Assembly (NCBI GenBank): GCA_044227505.1 | Contig: JBGAWP010000012.1 | Coordinates: forward strand, 2,946 to 66,945 | Length of the DNA: 64,000 bases | Origin: Chitinophagales bacterium | GTDB taxonomy: Bacteria > Bacteroidota > Bacteroidia > Chitinophagales > BACL12 | Reading direction: 5' to 3' | Part shown: in pieces, positions 55,201 to 64,000 of the stretch | Layout: the number at the start of each line of letters is the position of its first letter | Numbering within the stretch: the first letter of the stretch is position 1 | Program-made: the position numbers and the translations under genes | Notes under the pieces: generated by a model | Databases searched by the model: none | Told to the model about the DNA's origin: nothing | What the model saw: only the letters and a program-made list of their open reading frames with translations

Positions 55201-55460
55201 CCGATGGTTTCTTCACGCATTTTGAATCCTAAATAGGTATACACTAAAACGTCTTTGTCCTGTGGAACTACAAGTACATATTTACCGTCAATATCGGTAA
55301 CAGTTCCGGTTGTTGTGCCCTTTACCAATACAGTGGCACCGGGCAAAGGTTCATTGTCTGTCCCCGATGTAATCGTTCCGGTTATTGTTTTACTCTGCCC
55401 AAAAGCGAGTGAAACCATAAACAGAGGCATCAGCAACAGGGTAGTAGCTAATTTTCTCAT
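52290..55460 (-). CDS. SusC/RagA family TonB-linked outer-membrane transporter
   Basis: 1056 aa. The N-terminal carboxypeptidase-regulatory-like domain reads TITGTITSG.DNEPLPGATVLVKGTTTGTVTDIDGKY. It has a plug domain, a long beta-barrel and a C-terminal aromatic residue. Confidence 0.9.
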   Translation of the reverse strand: MRKLATTLLLMPLFMVSLAFGQSKTITGTITSGTDNEPLPGATVLVKGTTTGTVTDIDGKYVLVVPQDKDVLVYTYLGFKMREETIGARNVINVALEEDILGLETVVVTALGISKEKLSLGYSTQQVGGDRLASSGEENFIEGLSAKAAGVQVVGAAGTPGASSKIIIRGPSTFTNENQPLVVIDGVPIDNSTNSTVAGDYPFNANLNGVSNSNRAIDVNPDDIESINILKGPAAAALYGSRAGSGAIIITTKRGNKAGDKAVHINFSSSLEISQVNKLPAQQDQYAQGTGGGDFNDDDIIEPEGDFVEADPGPDYLWDTDDDVSGGTPNSWGPLNSTLGISPVDNAGEFFQNGMTYNNNLAISGGTDRGSLRLSIGNSQDNGIIPNTSFDRNSIRVNSDMRIFEKFKIAVDANYINSQGNRAQNGSNLSGVMLSLMRTPSSYDLGAGYEYPSGANRNYFSAYDNPYWTAYNNPYTDNTNRLISNVSAVYTPWNWVTVTYRVGADSYTDLRKQIFSIGSNDPANAPGGQIEENSIRYRQIYSDLIATATKNITEDFNMSVTLGNNLTDIDISNLYSRGRDLTIPDFYNLSNASDLYSSQLTTQQRNAALFGELAFEYQSFLFLTLSGRNEWSSTYGPNQGSAFFPSANIAFVFSEIMNTNNIFSFGKVRFAYAQAGIEPQPYSANTYFISPLYTDGFTDGYSFPYLGQSGFGYSQLNTLGNPDLKPERLTGTEFGLELKFWKGRIDLDAAYYIQNSEDILLTQPIASTSGFSYVYNNAGAMTNKGIELSLNADIVKTKNITWNLGGNFSKNENEVTALAEGVDEIEIEAGFGDPGAYVIEGQPYGLLYGSQWAYSPDGDLLIDNNGLPIFDTVSGVIGDPYPDWLMNINTGVTYKGFTLSGLLDIRKGGDIWYGTGARMNRIGISEESAERDHTYVIEGVVEQADGSYIPNTTEISPIDYWSNYLGDNGASSQAIFDGGWVRLREAKLSYQFTLAPKSVIKGLTLSATGRNLWLKTDYPGVDPETSLTGAGSNIAGFDWFNNPSTKSYIFTLSAAF

Positions 55461-55640
55461 AGATTTGGATTTGGTTTATTGAAATAATAGGTTTAATCAA
55501 ACACCAAAATTTAACTTTAATTAAGTTAATTTAGGTTTAATCAGCAATATTATAGTGTTTTTTGACAATTGTTAAATATTTGTAAACAAATATTCATGTT
55601 TTAACATTAAACCGCATTTTTTCCACACGATATGCAGATG

Positions 55641-56366
55641 TTACTTATTAGCATCGTAGTAGGCAAACACTTTTTGAACGATGTCTGCTACTCTGGCACC
55701 CGGATCCTGGCGGATCTTTAATTCCTCTTGCTCTATCATCAAAAATAATCCATCCAATGCTTTTTGAGTTACATACCCTGTAAGGTCAGGGTTCATATCT
55801 TCCACTAATGGTATCTTATTATAATAATTGATTGCATCGCTCCAGTATTTGGTTGCACCAACCTTATTCAAAGAGCTCTGTATGATAGGTGTAAACTTAG
55901 CTGTTAGTTCAGCCGTGGTTGTTTTTTTAAGATATTCTGTCGCAGCATCATTGGCTCCGAATAAAATATTCATTGCATCAGCAATCGTCATTTGACGTAT
56001 CGAATTAGTGAGCACTGCTTTTGCCTCGATAGCGGCATTTTCAGCAGCATGATTTACCGAATTCACAACATCATCACACATTTTATTAAGACCCAGGTTG
56101 CGCAGTGTTGATTCAATTTTTTGTGCTTCAGGCGGAAAAGGTATTTTAACCTGAGGATTTCCCAAATATCCGTTTACTACTGACAAAACATCTGAACCGT
56201 TTGTTGCTCCCTGCACTAGGGCTTCCTTCAATCCATTTGCTGCTTCCTGATCTGTTATGGTGGTGCCAATAACGGTATTCAAAACATCTTCCATAACCTG
56301 AGGATCACAGGTTGAACCTGTAAGCATTCCAAGTGTCAGCACCCCAAATATTGTTCTTTTAATCAT
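55641..56366 (-). CDS. DUF4197 domain-containing protein
   Basis: 241 aa with a signal peptide. GLKEAL..GA......LS..NGYLGNP.VKIPFP.E......LR.LG is typical of DUF4197. Confidence 0.7.
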   Translation of the reverse strand: MIKRTIFGVLTLGMLTGSTCDPQVMEDVLNTVIGTTITDQEAANGLKEALVQGATNGSDVLSVVNGYLGNPQVKIPFPPEAQKIESTLRNLGLNKMCDDVVNSVNHAAENAAIEAKAVLTNSIRQMTIADAMNILFGANDAATEYLKKTTTAELTAKFTPIIQSSLNKVGATKYWSDAINYYNKIPLVEDMNPDLTGYVTQKALDGLFLMIEQEELKIRQDPGARVADIVQKVFAYYDANK

Positions 56367-56560
56367 TGTTGGATATTTTCTGCCAAGGTAAAGAATTAGC
56401 GGGATAAAATGTATGTCCGTCTCCTGAAAAAAAATGTATCCGGTTCCTTTTAATTTTCATAAATAGGAAAATCTTCTTCTGAACTAAAAACCTAAATTTA
56501 AATTAAGAGAAAATTCTGGTTAAAAGAAACGCCGTTTCTACTAAGACTAAAAATCTTTAT

Positions 56561-56568
56561 TACATTTG
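56561..56568 (+). promoter_or_regulatory. candidate Bacteroidota -7 promoter box (TAnnTTTG)
   Basis: TACATTTG ends 4 nt before the ATG at 56573, the same arrangement as at 27664. Confidence 0.3.
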
Positions 56569-56572
56569 CATT

Positions 56573-56938
56573 ATGAGCAATTTGGAATTTTTAAGGAATG
56601 TATATGCACAATTTTTGCAACAATCAACCGGTGAACCTTTGCATGGCAATAAATTTAGTGTCAGATTATTTGATCAGGATCCGGTAACCGATGATTTTTT
56701 GGGTGAAACCAAACCAGATGCCGAAGGCAAAGTGCATTTTAAAATCGACCCTTCATTATATAGATCAGAAGATAATCCCTTAGAAAAAGATCCCGATTTT
56801 TATTTAATTGTATTACAGGAAGGCATGGAAATATTCAGAACTCCGGTTGCCGTTGATATAGATTTTAAATCTGATGGCAATTTTAATTTTAACGATGGCG
56901 AATGGATTAATCTAGGCACTTTTTTGGTCGAAATTTAA
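56573..56938 (+). CDS. hypothetical protein (possible beta-sandwich fold)
   Basis: 121 aa with no signal peptide. I recognise no family. It is the only ORF in this interval. Confidence 0.4.
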   Translation: MSNLEFLRNVYAQFLQQSTGEPLHGNKFSVRLFDQDPVTDDFLGETKPDAEGKVHFKIDPSLYRSEDNPLEKDPDFYLIVLQEGMEIFRTPVAVDIDFKSDGNFNFNDGEWINLGTFLVEI

Positions 56939-56989
56939 GGCAGTTATAAGTCTTGAAATTTGTTCTGAATTTAATTTAATGTATTCTTT

Positions 56990-58837
56990 ATGCAAAGATT
57001 TTTTTTACTGATTCCACTGATAATTTTTGCATTTAGTTTAAATGCACAAGTAAGTTCAATAAAAGGTGCCGAAAAAATATCTGCTGTATTAACAATTCGT
57101 TCAGCACCATTGCGCGATCTCCCAACTGCAAATCAAAATTTTACTGATAATCAATTGATCAGAACTAATGAAAGTCTTGATCAAAAAAACATAGGTGTTT
57201 TAAAAAATTATCCCTATTCTTATTCCCATGATTTGGGATTGCAGCGAGTTGCCGGGGATACAATTACTGTTATTGATTCCATATCAATATGGCAAGGATT
57301 AAATTCAAATGTTGATCCATCAGATAATACGCTCGCCGTAAGTGCAAATTATGTGGTACAAATGACAAATAATATTTCCAATTCCATTATGAATGTTTGG
57401 GACAAATCAGGAAATTTATTAGTGAATAAAATTAATACAGAAGATATTTCCGGTTTGGGTGATTATGGCGATCCTAATATTATTTATGATAGACGCGCGG
57501 ATAGATTTGTATTCTGTGCATTGGATGCCTATTCCTACAGCAAATTAGTTGTCTGTATTTCCGAAACAGGAGACCCTTCAGGAACATGGTTGGGATATTT
57601 ATTAAGTTTTGCAAACGGATTCCCCGATTATCCGAAAATTGCTGTTTGGGGTGATGGATATTATATTACCACAAATTCGAATGAACCTACAATTTGGGCA
57701 TTAAAAAGAGATGAACTTCTCTCGGGAGTTGCCGTGGGCAATGCACAAAAATTTGAGCTTGATAGACTAGGTACTATTGGTTTTCAATCTGCTTCACCAG
57801 TAACAGAAACAGGAATAAATCCTCCACCCGAAAATGCTCCAGCCATGTTTATGCGCGTTGCAGATGATGCTTGGTTTGGTATAGATTCTGATCACCTCGA
57901 AATATTTTTTGTTTCTATTAATTGGGAGGATGAAACATTGTCGGAACTTACAAATTCTTTTAATATTTCAACAATTCCTTACGATAGTAAAATGTGTGGG
58001 TTCGATAGTTGGGAATGTATCCCGCAACCTGCTTCTGCTGTTAAGTTGGATCCATTAAGCGATATTGTTATGGATAAAGTGCAATATTTAAATTTTCAAG
58101 ATCATGAAACAATAGTCTGCTCCCATGTTTGCCGAGCATATACTGCAGGTTATGCAGGGATAAGATGGTATGAATTAAGAAAATATCCGACACAAGAATG
58201 GGAAATATATCAACAAGGTACATTTGCACCTGACGATAGCAATTACAGATTTATGCCATCTATCTCCATGAATGATTTAGGTACAATTGCATTGGGTTAT
58301 AATATTTCTTCGCCGAAGGTATTTCCTGGAATTCGGATAACAGGAAGAACAGCATGCGACTCATTAAATATTATGACAGCACCTGAATTTAATGCGGTTG
58401 AGGGCACGGGTGCAAATTCTTATAACAGGTATGGTGATTATAACAATATGGTTGCTGACCCTTTTGATGGGTCTTTCTGGTTTACTTCAAATTACAATCC
58501 TTCTTCCAGCTGGAAAACCAAAATTGTTCATTTTAATATCGATTCCTGTGATCTGAAAAGTACAGAAACTCCTGTACTTGAGAATAGTATTGTAATTGGA
58601 CCAAACCCGGTATCTGATCAGTTAAACTTGACATTAAATTCAGACATAACCGAAAATATTGAAGTAAAAATATTTGATATTTTAGGTCAGCTTATTTATC
58701 GGGAAATAATCTATGTTGAAAAAGGAATAAATACCATGGTTCTTGATTTTCAATTAATTGCAAATGGTACATATTTATTAAGTGTTAATATTAATGGCAA
58801 AGAACAAAGTGAAAAAATAATTGTGCAACACAATTAA
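56990..58837 (+). CDS. T9SS-secreted protein of unknown function (possible beta-propeller/sialidase-like)
   Basis: 615 aa with signal peptide FAFSLNAQ. The internal RYGDYNNMVADP-type motif is reminiscent of propeller proteins. The C-terminus has GPNPVSDQLNLTL...GTYLLSVNI, a T9SS sorting domain. Confidence 0.6.
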   Translation: MQRFFLLIPLIIFAFSLNAQVSSIKGAEKISAVLTIRSAPLRDLPTANQNFTDNQLIRTNESLDQKNIGVLKNYPYSYSHDLGLQRVAGDTITVIDSISIWQGLNSNVDPSDNTLAVSANYVVQMTNNISNSIMNVWDKSGNLLVNKINTEDISGLGDYGDPNIIYDRRADRFVFCALDAYSYSKLVVCISETGDPSGTWLGYLLSFANGFPDYPKIAVWGDGYYITTNSNEPTIWALKRDELLSGVAVGNAQKFELDRLGTIGFQSASPVTETGINPPPENAPAMFMRVADDAWFGIDSDHLEIFFVSINWEDETLSELTNSFNISTIPYDSKMCGFDSWECIPQPASAVKLDPLSDIVMDKVQYLNFQDHETIVCSHVCRAYTAGYAGIRWYELRKYPTQEWEIYQQGTFAPDDSNYRFMPSISMNDLGTIALGYNISSPKVFPGIRITGRTACDSLNIMTAPEFNAVEGTGANSYNRYGDYNNMVADPFDGSFWFTSNYNPSSSWKTKIVHFNIDSCDLKSTETPVLENSIVIGPNPVSDQLNLTLNSDITENIEVKIFDILGQLIYREIIYVEKGINTMVLDFQLIANGTYLLSVNINGKEQSEKIIVQHN

Positions 58838-58875
58838 AAAAAAATGTCTTCTGATCATTGCGATCAAAAGACATT
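58832..58875 (-). terminator. rho-independent terminator for the minus-strand OMP gene
   Basis: AATGTCTTCTGATC / GATCAAAAGACATT forms a 14-bp stem with one mismatch and a 5-nt loop. On the minus strand it is followed by a T9 run. Confidence 0.6.
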
Positions 58876-58903
58876 CATCTATATTTGTTGAGAACAAATT
58901 AAT

Positions 58904-59479
58904 TTAAAATTTCAATCCTGCATTTATAAATGCATAGTGTGCTTTTCCATCAAAATCGTTTTTAAAGAGATCTGCAGTATTAAAATTGTAACCCATATCC
59001 AGTGAGAGGAATAAAACATCAACACCAGCACCTACAACTCCATTTACTCTTACCGCACTAAAATCATCGCGTGTAAAATCAAATTCATTTAAGGGTACAT
59101 CAAGTAAACATGCAATTTCCGGTCCGGCATAAATACGAACATCCACCAACCTGTCAACTACCGGAACCAAACTTACTCCCAAATAAATGGGCACATTAAT
59201 ATAATTAAATTTAATGTCATCAGACTGGAATACATCAGTAGCATCAAATCCTGAAAAATTTGTTTTCACCATTTGATACTCCATGCCAACCTGGCCATAT
59301 AATAATTCTCCGAATCTGATAAAGGTACCTGCCTGGAAACCTGACCGAGAGTCGGACTCCAAATCCGGTGACTTCATATTTACATTTGCAAAATTCGGTC
59401 CCGCATAAAGCCCAAGATCAATTTGTGAATATGCTGTTGCGCTTAAAAAGAGCAAGGAAGCAAATAAGTATTTTTTCAT
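58904..59479 (-). CDS. outer-membrane beta-barrel (porin family / OmpA-like barrel) protein
   Basis: 191 aa with signal peptide SATAYSQ. It has alternating amphipathic beta-strand patterns and a C-terminal ...FINAGLKF ending in an aromatic residue. Confidence 0.7.
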   Translation of the reverse strand: MKKYLFASLLFLSATAYSQIDLGLYAGPNFANVNMKSPDLESDSRSGFQAGTFIRFGELLYGQVGMEYQMVKTNFSGFDATDVFQSDDIKFNYINVPIYLGVSLVPVVDRLVDVRIYAGPEIACLLDVPLNEFDFTRDDFSAVRVNGVVGAGVDVLFLSLDMGYNFNTADLFKNDFDGKAHYAFINAGLKF

Positions 59480-59707
59480 AACGTTTAATTTTCTGAAATC
59501 ATTAATAAAAGGTGGAAAAACTATGCCACAAACTATACAGAGTTCGTCAAACCGTTGCCCCTGCTAGGTTTCAGATGCATTTGCAACCGTATTTATCATT
59601 GTTTAGAATACCAAAATCGTGGAATTTTTTCCCTTATCGGCAACATAATTCCAATAAGAATTTGTTGACTATCGAATAGTTGATCAAAGTAAAATAATTG
59701 TAACCCG

Positions 59708-59715
59708 TATTTTTG
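59708..59715 (+). promoter_or_regulatory. candidate Bacteroidota -7 promoter box (TAnnTTTG)
   Basis: TATTTTTG lies 13 nt upstream of the cinA ATG. Confidence 0.3.
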
Positions 59716-59728
59716 TGAAAATTTATTT

Positions 59729-60976
59729 ATGCGCGCAGTAATAATTAGTATTGGTGATGAAATTTTAAACGGGACTACAGTTAACACAAATGCAAGTTTT
59801 ATCTCCGGTGTGATACAACCACTGGGGATTGAAATATTTGAGGTGCTGGCAATTGCCGATAACGCAGCGCATATTGAAGATACCCTATCTCATTATTCAG
59901 GCAAAGTGGAGTTTATTTTTATAACAGGCGGACTTGGCCCAACAAAAGATGACATCACTAAAAAAACTTTGTGCACATTTTTCAAAAGTAAACTGGTATT
60001 TCATGAAGATATTTTATTGCGATTAAAAGCGGCATTTGAAAAAAGAAATATTCCGTTTACGGAAAACAATCATGATCAGGCAATGTATCCAGATAATTGT
60101 GTCATATTAAAAAATAATTTGGGAACAGCACAAGGAATGTGGTTCCAGCATGATCATACTTCTGTTATTTCATTACCCGGTGTTCCTTTTGAAATGAAGG
60201 GGTTAATGTTGGATGAAGTAATTCCTAAATTAAAAAAGGACTTTCAGTTTCCCAACATTGTAAATAAACATATTATGACCAGCGGAATGAGTGAAAGTCT
60301 GGTTGCAAAAAAAATAGAAATTATTGAGAGCCGATTACCGGATAATATTTCTTTGGCTTTTTTACCTTCCCCGGGAGTTGTGAAATTGCGACTTACTGCC
60401 AAAGGAGATAACCTTCCGGAATTAGAGAAATTATTACAGTCATTTAAAAAAGACATTCAACTTGAATTGGGCAATTTTGTTTATGGGGAGGAGGCAGTTT
60501 TACTTGAAGAATTTATTGGTACACAATTGAAATCAAACAATTTAACCCTTTCTACAGCTGAAAGTTGTACCGGGGGTAAGATAGCCCATAAGATCACCGG
60601 GATAGCCGGGGCCTCCGAATATTTCAAAGGTTCGGTAGTTACCTATACCAAGGAATTAAAAATGAAGCTTTTGCAGGTGAAGGAGGAAACGCTGCAACAA
60701 TTCGGTGCTGTTAGTGAACAAACAGTGAGTGAAATGTTAGACGGAGCTCATCAATTACTAAACACCGATTTCGTGATCGCCGTTTCAGGAAATGCAGGCC
60801 CTGGTAGCGATGGGGATACTGCGCCTGTCGGTACTATATTTATTGGAGTATCCGGAATGGGGAAAAAGTCGATAAAAAAGTATTTTTTCAACAAGAACCG
60901 TGACATAAATATTGAATATGCATGCATGTTTGCATTACATGATATGCGCATTCTGTTAGCCGATTGCCTTGGTTAA
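59729..60976 (+). CDS. cinA: CinA family protein (MoCF-biosynthesis-like domain + nicotinamide-nucleotide amidohydrolase domain)
   Basis: 415 aa with the classic start MRAVIISIGDEILNGTTVNTNA, GGLGPTKDDITK, and C-terminal STAESCTGG. Confidence 0.85.
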   Translation: MRAVIISIGDEILNGTTVNTNASFISGVIQPLGIEIFEVLAIADNAAHIEDTLSHYSGKVEFIFITGGLGPTKDDITKKTLCTFFKSKLVFHEDILLRLKAAFEKRNIPFTENNHDQAMYPDNCVILKNNLGTAQGMWFQHDHTSVISLPGVPFEMKGLMLDEVIPKLKKDFQFPNIVNKHIMTSGMSESLVAKKIEIIESRLPDNISLAFLPSPGVVKLRLTAKGDNLPELEKLLQSFKKDIQLELGNFVYGEEAVLLEEFIGTQLKSNNLTLSTAESCTGGKIAHKITGIAGASEYFKGSVVTYTKELKMKLLQVKEETLQQFGAVSEQTVSEMLDGAHQLLNTDFVIAVSGNAGPGSDGDTAPVGTIFIGVSGMGKKSIKKYFFNKNRDINIEYACMFALHDMRILLADCLG

Positions 60977-61072
60977 GCGTTATAAAGGCAGTAATTTTGC
61001 GGAAAGTGTTAAATAGCCGGGGCAACCTATTGCCAACAATAATTTTAACGATAAAAGGGAGAAAATAAAATC

Positions 61073-62380
61073 ATGTCGCAACAAGAACTGATCATGCCTA
61101 AATTGGGCGAAAGTATTATGGAGGCCACTATTCTGAAATGGTTAAAAAAAGAAGGTGATAATGTAGAACTCGATGAAGCTGTGCTCGAGATCGCAACGGA
61201 TAAGGTAGATAGTGAGGTGCCGTCGCCATTTGCCGGTAAGATCACAAAAATTTTATTCAAGGAAGGTGATGTAGTACAAATAGGTAAGGCGATAGCTATG
61301 ATTGAAACTTCGGGAAGTGCGGAAACACAGGTTACTGCTCCCATTGTAAAACAAGAGGTTAAACAGGAAGTTGTAAAAGAAACTGTTGTTGAACAAAAAG
61401 TGGTCTCTTCCGGGAATGCTGCAGATCGGTTTTATTCGCCTTTGGTACTCAATATTGCCCGGGAAGAAGGTATTACCATGTCAGAATTAGAAAATATCGA
61501 CGGTACGGGCAAGGATGACAGGGTTACAAAAGCTGATATCTTGGCCTATGTTAAAGATCGCGAGGCCGGAAATGTGAAAACTCCGGTTTTAGCCGAAAAA
61601 AAAGCGGAAACCACGGTTACCGAAGAAAAACCAAGCGTAAATGCCCCTCAGGTAATATCTTCCAAATCCGGTACGGGCGAAATTGTGGAAATGGATCGCA
61701 TGCGCAAGCTTATCGCCGATCATATGGTAATGAGCAAAAAAACCTCTCCACACGTTACCTCATATGTTGAAGTTGACATGACACCAATTGTGGAATGGAG
61801 AAACAAGACCAAAGAAAAATTTGAGAAACGCGAGGGACAAAAGATCACCTTCACTCCTATTTTTATAGAGGCCGTGGCCAAAGCCATTAAAGATTTTCCG
61901 GGTATCAATATTTCTGTTGATGGATATACGATAACTTATAAGAAAGACATTAATATCGGGATGGCAGCAGCTTTACCAAGCGGAAACCTGATTGTACCGG
62001 TTATCAGAAATGCCGACAGAATGAATCTTGTGGGTTTAACCGCCGTTGTGAACGACCTCGCATTCCGTGCCCGAAATAATAAACTTAAACCTGATGAGAT
62101 CCAGGATGGAACATTTACGCTTACTAATGTAGGATCATTTGGCAGTTTAATGGGAACACCAATTATTAATCAACCGCAGGTTGCAATTCTTGCAGTTGGT
62201 GCTATTAAGAAAAAGCCGGTTGTAATGGAGACTGAATACGGAGATGTTATTGCCATTAGACACATGATGTTCATGAGTATGAGTTACGACCATAGAGTTG
62301 TTGATGGAATGTTGGGTGGAACATTTTTAAAACGGGTAGCAGATTATTTGGAAGGATTTGACGTTAACAGAGAAATATAA
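61073..62380 (+). CDS. 2-oxoacid dehydrogenase E2 component (dihydrolipoamide acyltransferase)
   Basis: 435 aa. It has a lipoyl domain with the EIATDKV lipoyl-lysine, a peripheral subunit-binding domain (SPLVLNIAREEGI....I.GTGKDDRVTKADI), and the catalytic SYDHRVVDG. Confidence 0.85.
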   Translation: MSQQELIMPKLGESIMEATILKWLKKEGDNVELDEAVLEIATDKVDSEVPSPFAGKITKILFKEGDVVQIGKAIAMIETSGSAETQVTAPIVKQEVKQEVVKETVVEQKVVSSGNAADRFYSPLVLNIAREEGITMSELENIDGTGKDDRVTKADILAYVKDREAGNVKTPVLAEKKAETTVTEEKPSVNAPQVISSKSGTGEIVEMDRMRKLIADHMVMSKKTSPHVTSYVEVDMTPIVEWRNKTKEKFEKREGQKITFTPIFIEAVAKAIKDFPGINISVDGYTITYKKDINIGMAAALPSGNLIVPVIRNADRMNLVGLTAVVNDLAFRARNNKLKPDEIQDGTFTLTNVGSFGSLMGTPIINQPQVAILAVGAIKKKPVVMETEYGDVIAIRHMMFMSMSYDHRVVDGMLGGTFLKRVADYLEGFDVNREI

Positions 62381-62475
62381 AAAATCGCAACAATTCATAC
62401 CCATACTATTTGAAAATTGGGTAAATTTATTTGCGATTGAATGGAAATTATTGTTACAATTAAAATATCAGACCT

Positions 62476-63867
62476 ATGTATATCGAACAACTTTATACAA
62501 ACTGTTTAGCTGAAGCAGCATATTATATTGAAAGTGATGGTGTAGCTGCTATTATAGATCCGCTAAGAGAAACTGAACCCTATATTGAAAAGGCAAAGAG
62601 CCGCAATGCAACGATAAAATATATATTTGAAACGCATTTCCATGCAGATTTTGTTTCAGGTCATATAGATCTCGCAAAACGAACCGGAGCAAAAATAATT
62701 TACGGTCCTGAAGCAAATACCAATTACGAAGTGATCAATGCAAAAGACGGAGAAGAATTCCATATTGGAAAAATAAAAATAAAAGCATTACACACTCCCG
62801 GACATACCTTAGAATCAACTTGTTATTTACTCAGCGATGAGGATGGTAAAAATCATTGCATATTTACCGGCGATACATTATTTGTTGGAGATGTTGGAAG
62901 ACCTGATCTTTTAGATGGTGTAATGACCAAGGAGGAACTTGCATCAAAAATGTACGACTCCTTAAATAATAAAATAAAAGTGTTGGATGATGATGTTATC
63001 GTTTACCCTGCACATGGTCCCGGAAGTGCTTGTGGCAAAAGTATGGGCAAAGAAACTTTTTCAACGATAGGAATTCAGAAAAAAACAAATTATGCGTTGC
63101 AGGAAATGACGAGAGATGCATTTATTCTATCTGTTACTGATGGGTTATCCGTCCCTCCGCAATATTTTTTTGAAGATGCACGTATCAATAAAAATGGATA
63201 CGATTCCATTGATAATATCATCAAAAAAAATACTACACCATTAAATATTGAGGAGCTTGAAAAAGCAGTTCAAAACGGTGCTTTAATTCTTGATACCCGA
63301 ATTGCAGATCATTTTGAAAAAGGTTTTATTCAGAGTTCATTAAATATCGGGTTAAATGGAATGTTTGCTGTTTGGGTTGGAACATTAATAGATATCAATA
63401 CGCCGTTGGTATTAATTACAGATATAGGAAAGGAGGAGGAAACAGTTTTAAGATTAGCGCGTGTAGGTTATGAAAATGTGATAGGATACCTGAATGGCGG
63501 AATTGCAACATGGGAAGATGCGGGCAAACCGGTAGAATCAGTGAATACAATTTTAGCGGATGATATCGCACAATATTATGGTGATTCCGGATATACTATT
63601 TTAGATGTACGCAAACCTTCTGAATTTGAATCAGAACATATTAAAGGAGCTATTAATATTCAATTGAGTGAAATTGAAGATAGATTAAACGAATTGGATG
63701 CTGATCAAAAATATATTATTCATTGCGCAGCCGGTTATAGAAGTATGATGGCAGCCTCTATTTTAAAAAGTAACGGAATAAATAATTTTATGAATGTTGC
63801 TGGAGGATGGGGAAGTATTAAAAAAACTAATTTGCCAACTGAAGTTTCTATTGGTGAAATGATCTGA
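62476..63867 (+). CDS. MBL-fold hydrolase (persulfide dioxygenase-like) fused to rhodanese domains
   Basis: 463 aa, a paralog of 28860..30194 (THFHADF, TPGHTLES, GDTLFVGDVGRPDL). The catalytic rhodanese loop is HCAAGYRS. Confidence 0.8.
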   Translation: MYIEQLYTNCLAEAAYYIESDGVAAIIDPLRETEPYIEKAKSRNATIKYIFETHFHADFVSGHIDLAKRTGAKIIYGPEANTNYEVINAKDGEEFHIGKIKIKALHTPGHTLESTCYLLSDEDGKNHCIFTGDTLFVGDVGRPDLLDGVMTKEELASKMYDSLNNKIKVLDDDVIVYPAHGPGSACGKSMGKETFSTIGIQKKTNYALQEMTRDAFILSVTDGLSVPPQYFFEDARINKNGYDSIDNIIKKNTTPLNIEELEKAVQNGALILDTRIADHFEKGFIQSSLNIGLNGMFAVWVGTLIDINTPLVLITDIGKEEETVLRLARVGYENVIGYLNGGIATWEDAGKPVESVNTILADDIAQYYGDSGYTILDVRKPSEFESEHIKGAINIQLSEIEDRLNELDADQKYIIHCAAGYRSMMAASILKSNGINNFMNVAGGWGSIKKTNLPTEVSIGEMI

Positions 63868-64000
63868 GAGAAATTGACAATTGACAATTTCGGAAGCGGA
63901 GATGCAAATTGAATTTTATTTGGAGTAACTGATAACACACAGCAAGAATACACACATTTTAAATATTTAATGCGAAAAATTATTTTGGTCATATTTGTTT

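Noticed and set aside
63873-63889. AATTGAC AATTGAC AAT mini heptamer run just after the last gene
   Set aside because: Only about 2.5 units are present, the sequence class differs from loci 1 and 2, and the window ends soon after. That is too little to call a third locus of the repeat family.
1-64000. Search by eye for rRNA, tRNA, tmRNA, riboswitches, transposases, integrases, phage or defence-system genes
   Set aside because: None was recognised. All intergenic regions over 150 bp were read and no cloverleaf-like or known riboswitch motifs were seen, but without covariance-model tools small RNAs cannot be excluded.

Overview
AT-rich chromosomal segment of Bacteroidota type, judged from a SusC/SusD pair, three T9SS C-terminal sorting domains and TAnnTTTG-type promoter boxes. 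I call about 65 protein-coding genes. By eye I found no rRNA, tRNA, CRISPR, transposase or integrase. Layout: (i) 0-11 kb holds small VOC/PhnB, SRPBCC, DUF1801, YdeI and DHFR-like proteins, a flotillin, and a DGPF/YciI gene paired with an ECF42-like sigma factor. This block is punctuated by two loci of a strictly heptanucleotide-periodic repeat family that I cannot name. (ii) 11.4-14 kb is a P-type ATPase broken by a frameshift inside the TGDGVNDAPAL motif. (iii) 14-28 kb is a stress island with Hsp20, an HPF-like protein, FtsH and a CbpA-like J-protein. It also holds two paralogous sets of an HMA-like AraC regulator plus a small uncharacterised protein (possibly aeRF1/host-attachment-like), a T9SS-secreted DUF3494 ice-binding protein with a recent 204-bp internal duplication, and a G10 tract. 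(iv) 27.7-35.7 kb has a Crp/Fnr gene followed by a very tight 12-gene thiol/persulfide/oxidative-stress array: MBL-rhodanese, three rhodaneses, Prx, Dps, OsmC, Trx, Cys-motif mini membrane proteins and an embedded T9SS cargo. (v) 38-50.8 kb has a thioester alpha-2-macroglobulin and PBP1C, normally adjacent partners. Here they are separated by about 5 kb that carries a GT-C-like membrane protein, an SGNH-like protein, a repeat protein translationally coupled to pbpC, and a symmetric structure of two tandem arrays (28 bp and 26 bp) around twin inverted hairpins. (vi) 50.9-64 kb has an orphan SusCD pair, DUF4197, T9SS cargo, an OM beta-barrel, CinA, a 2-oxoacid dehydrogenase E2 and a second MBL-rhodanese. 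All family assignments rest on motif recognition by eye; no searches were run.
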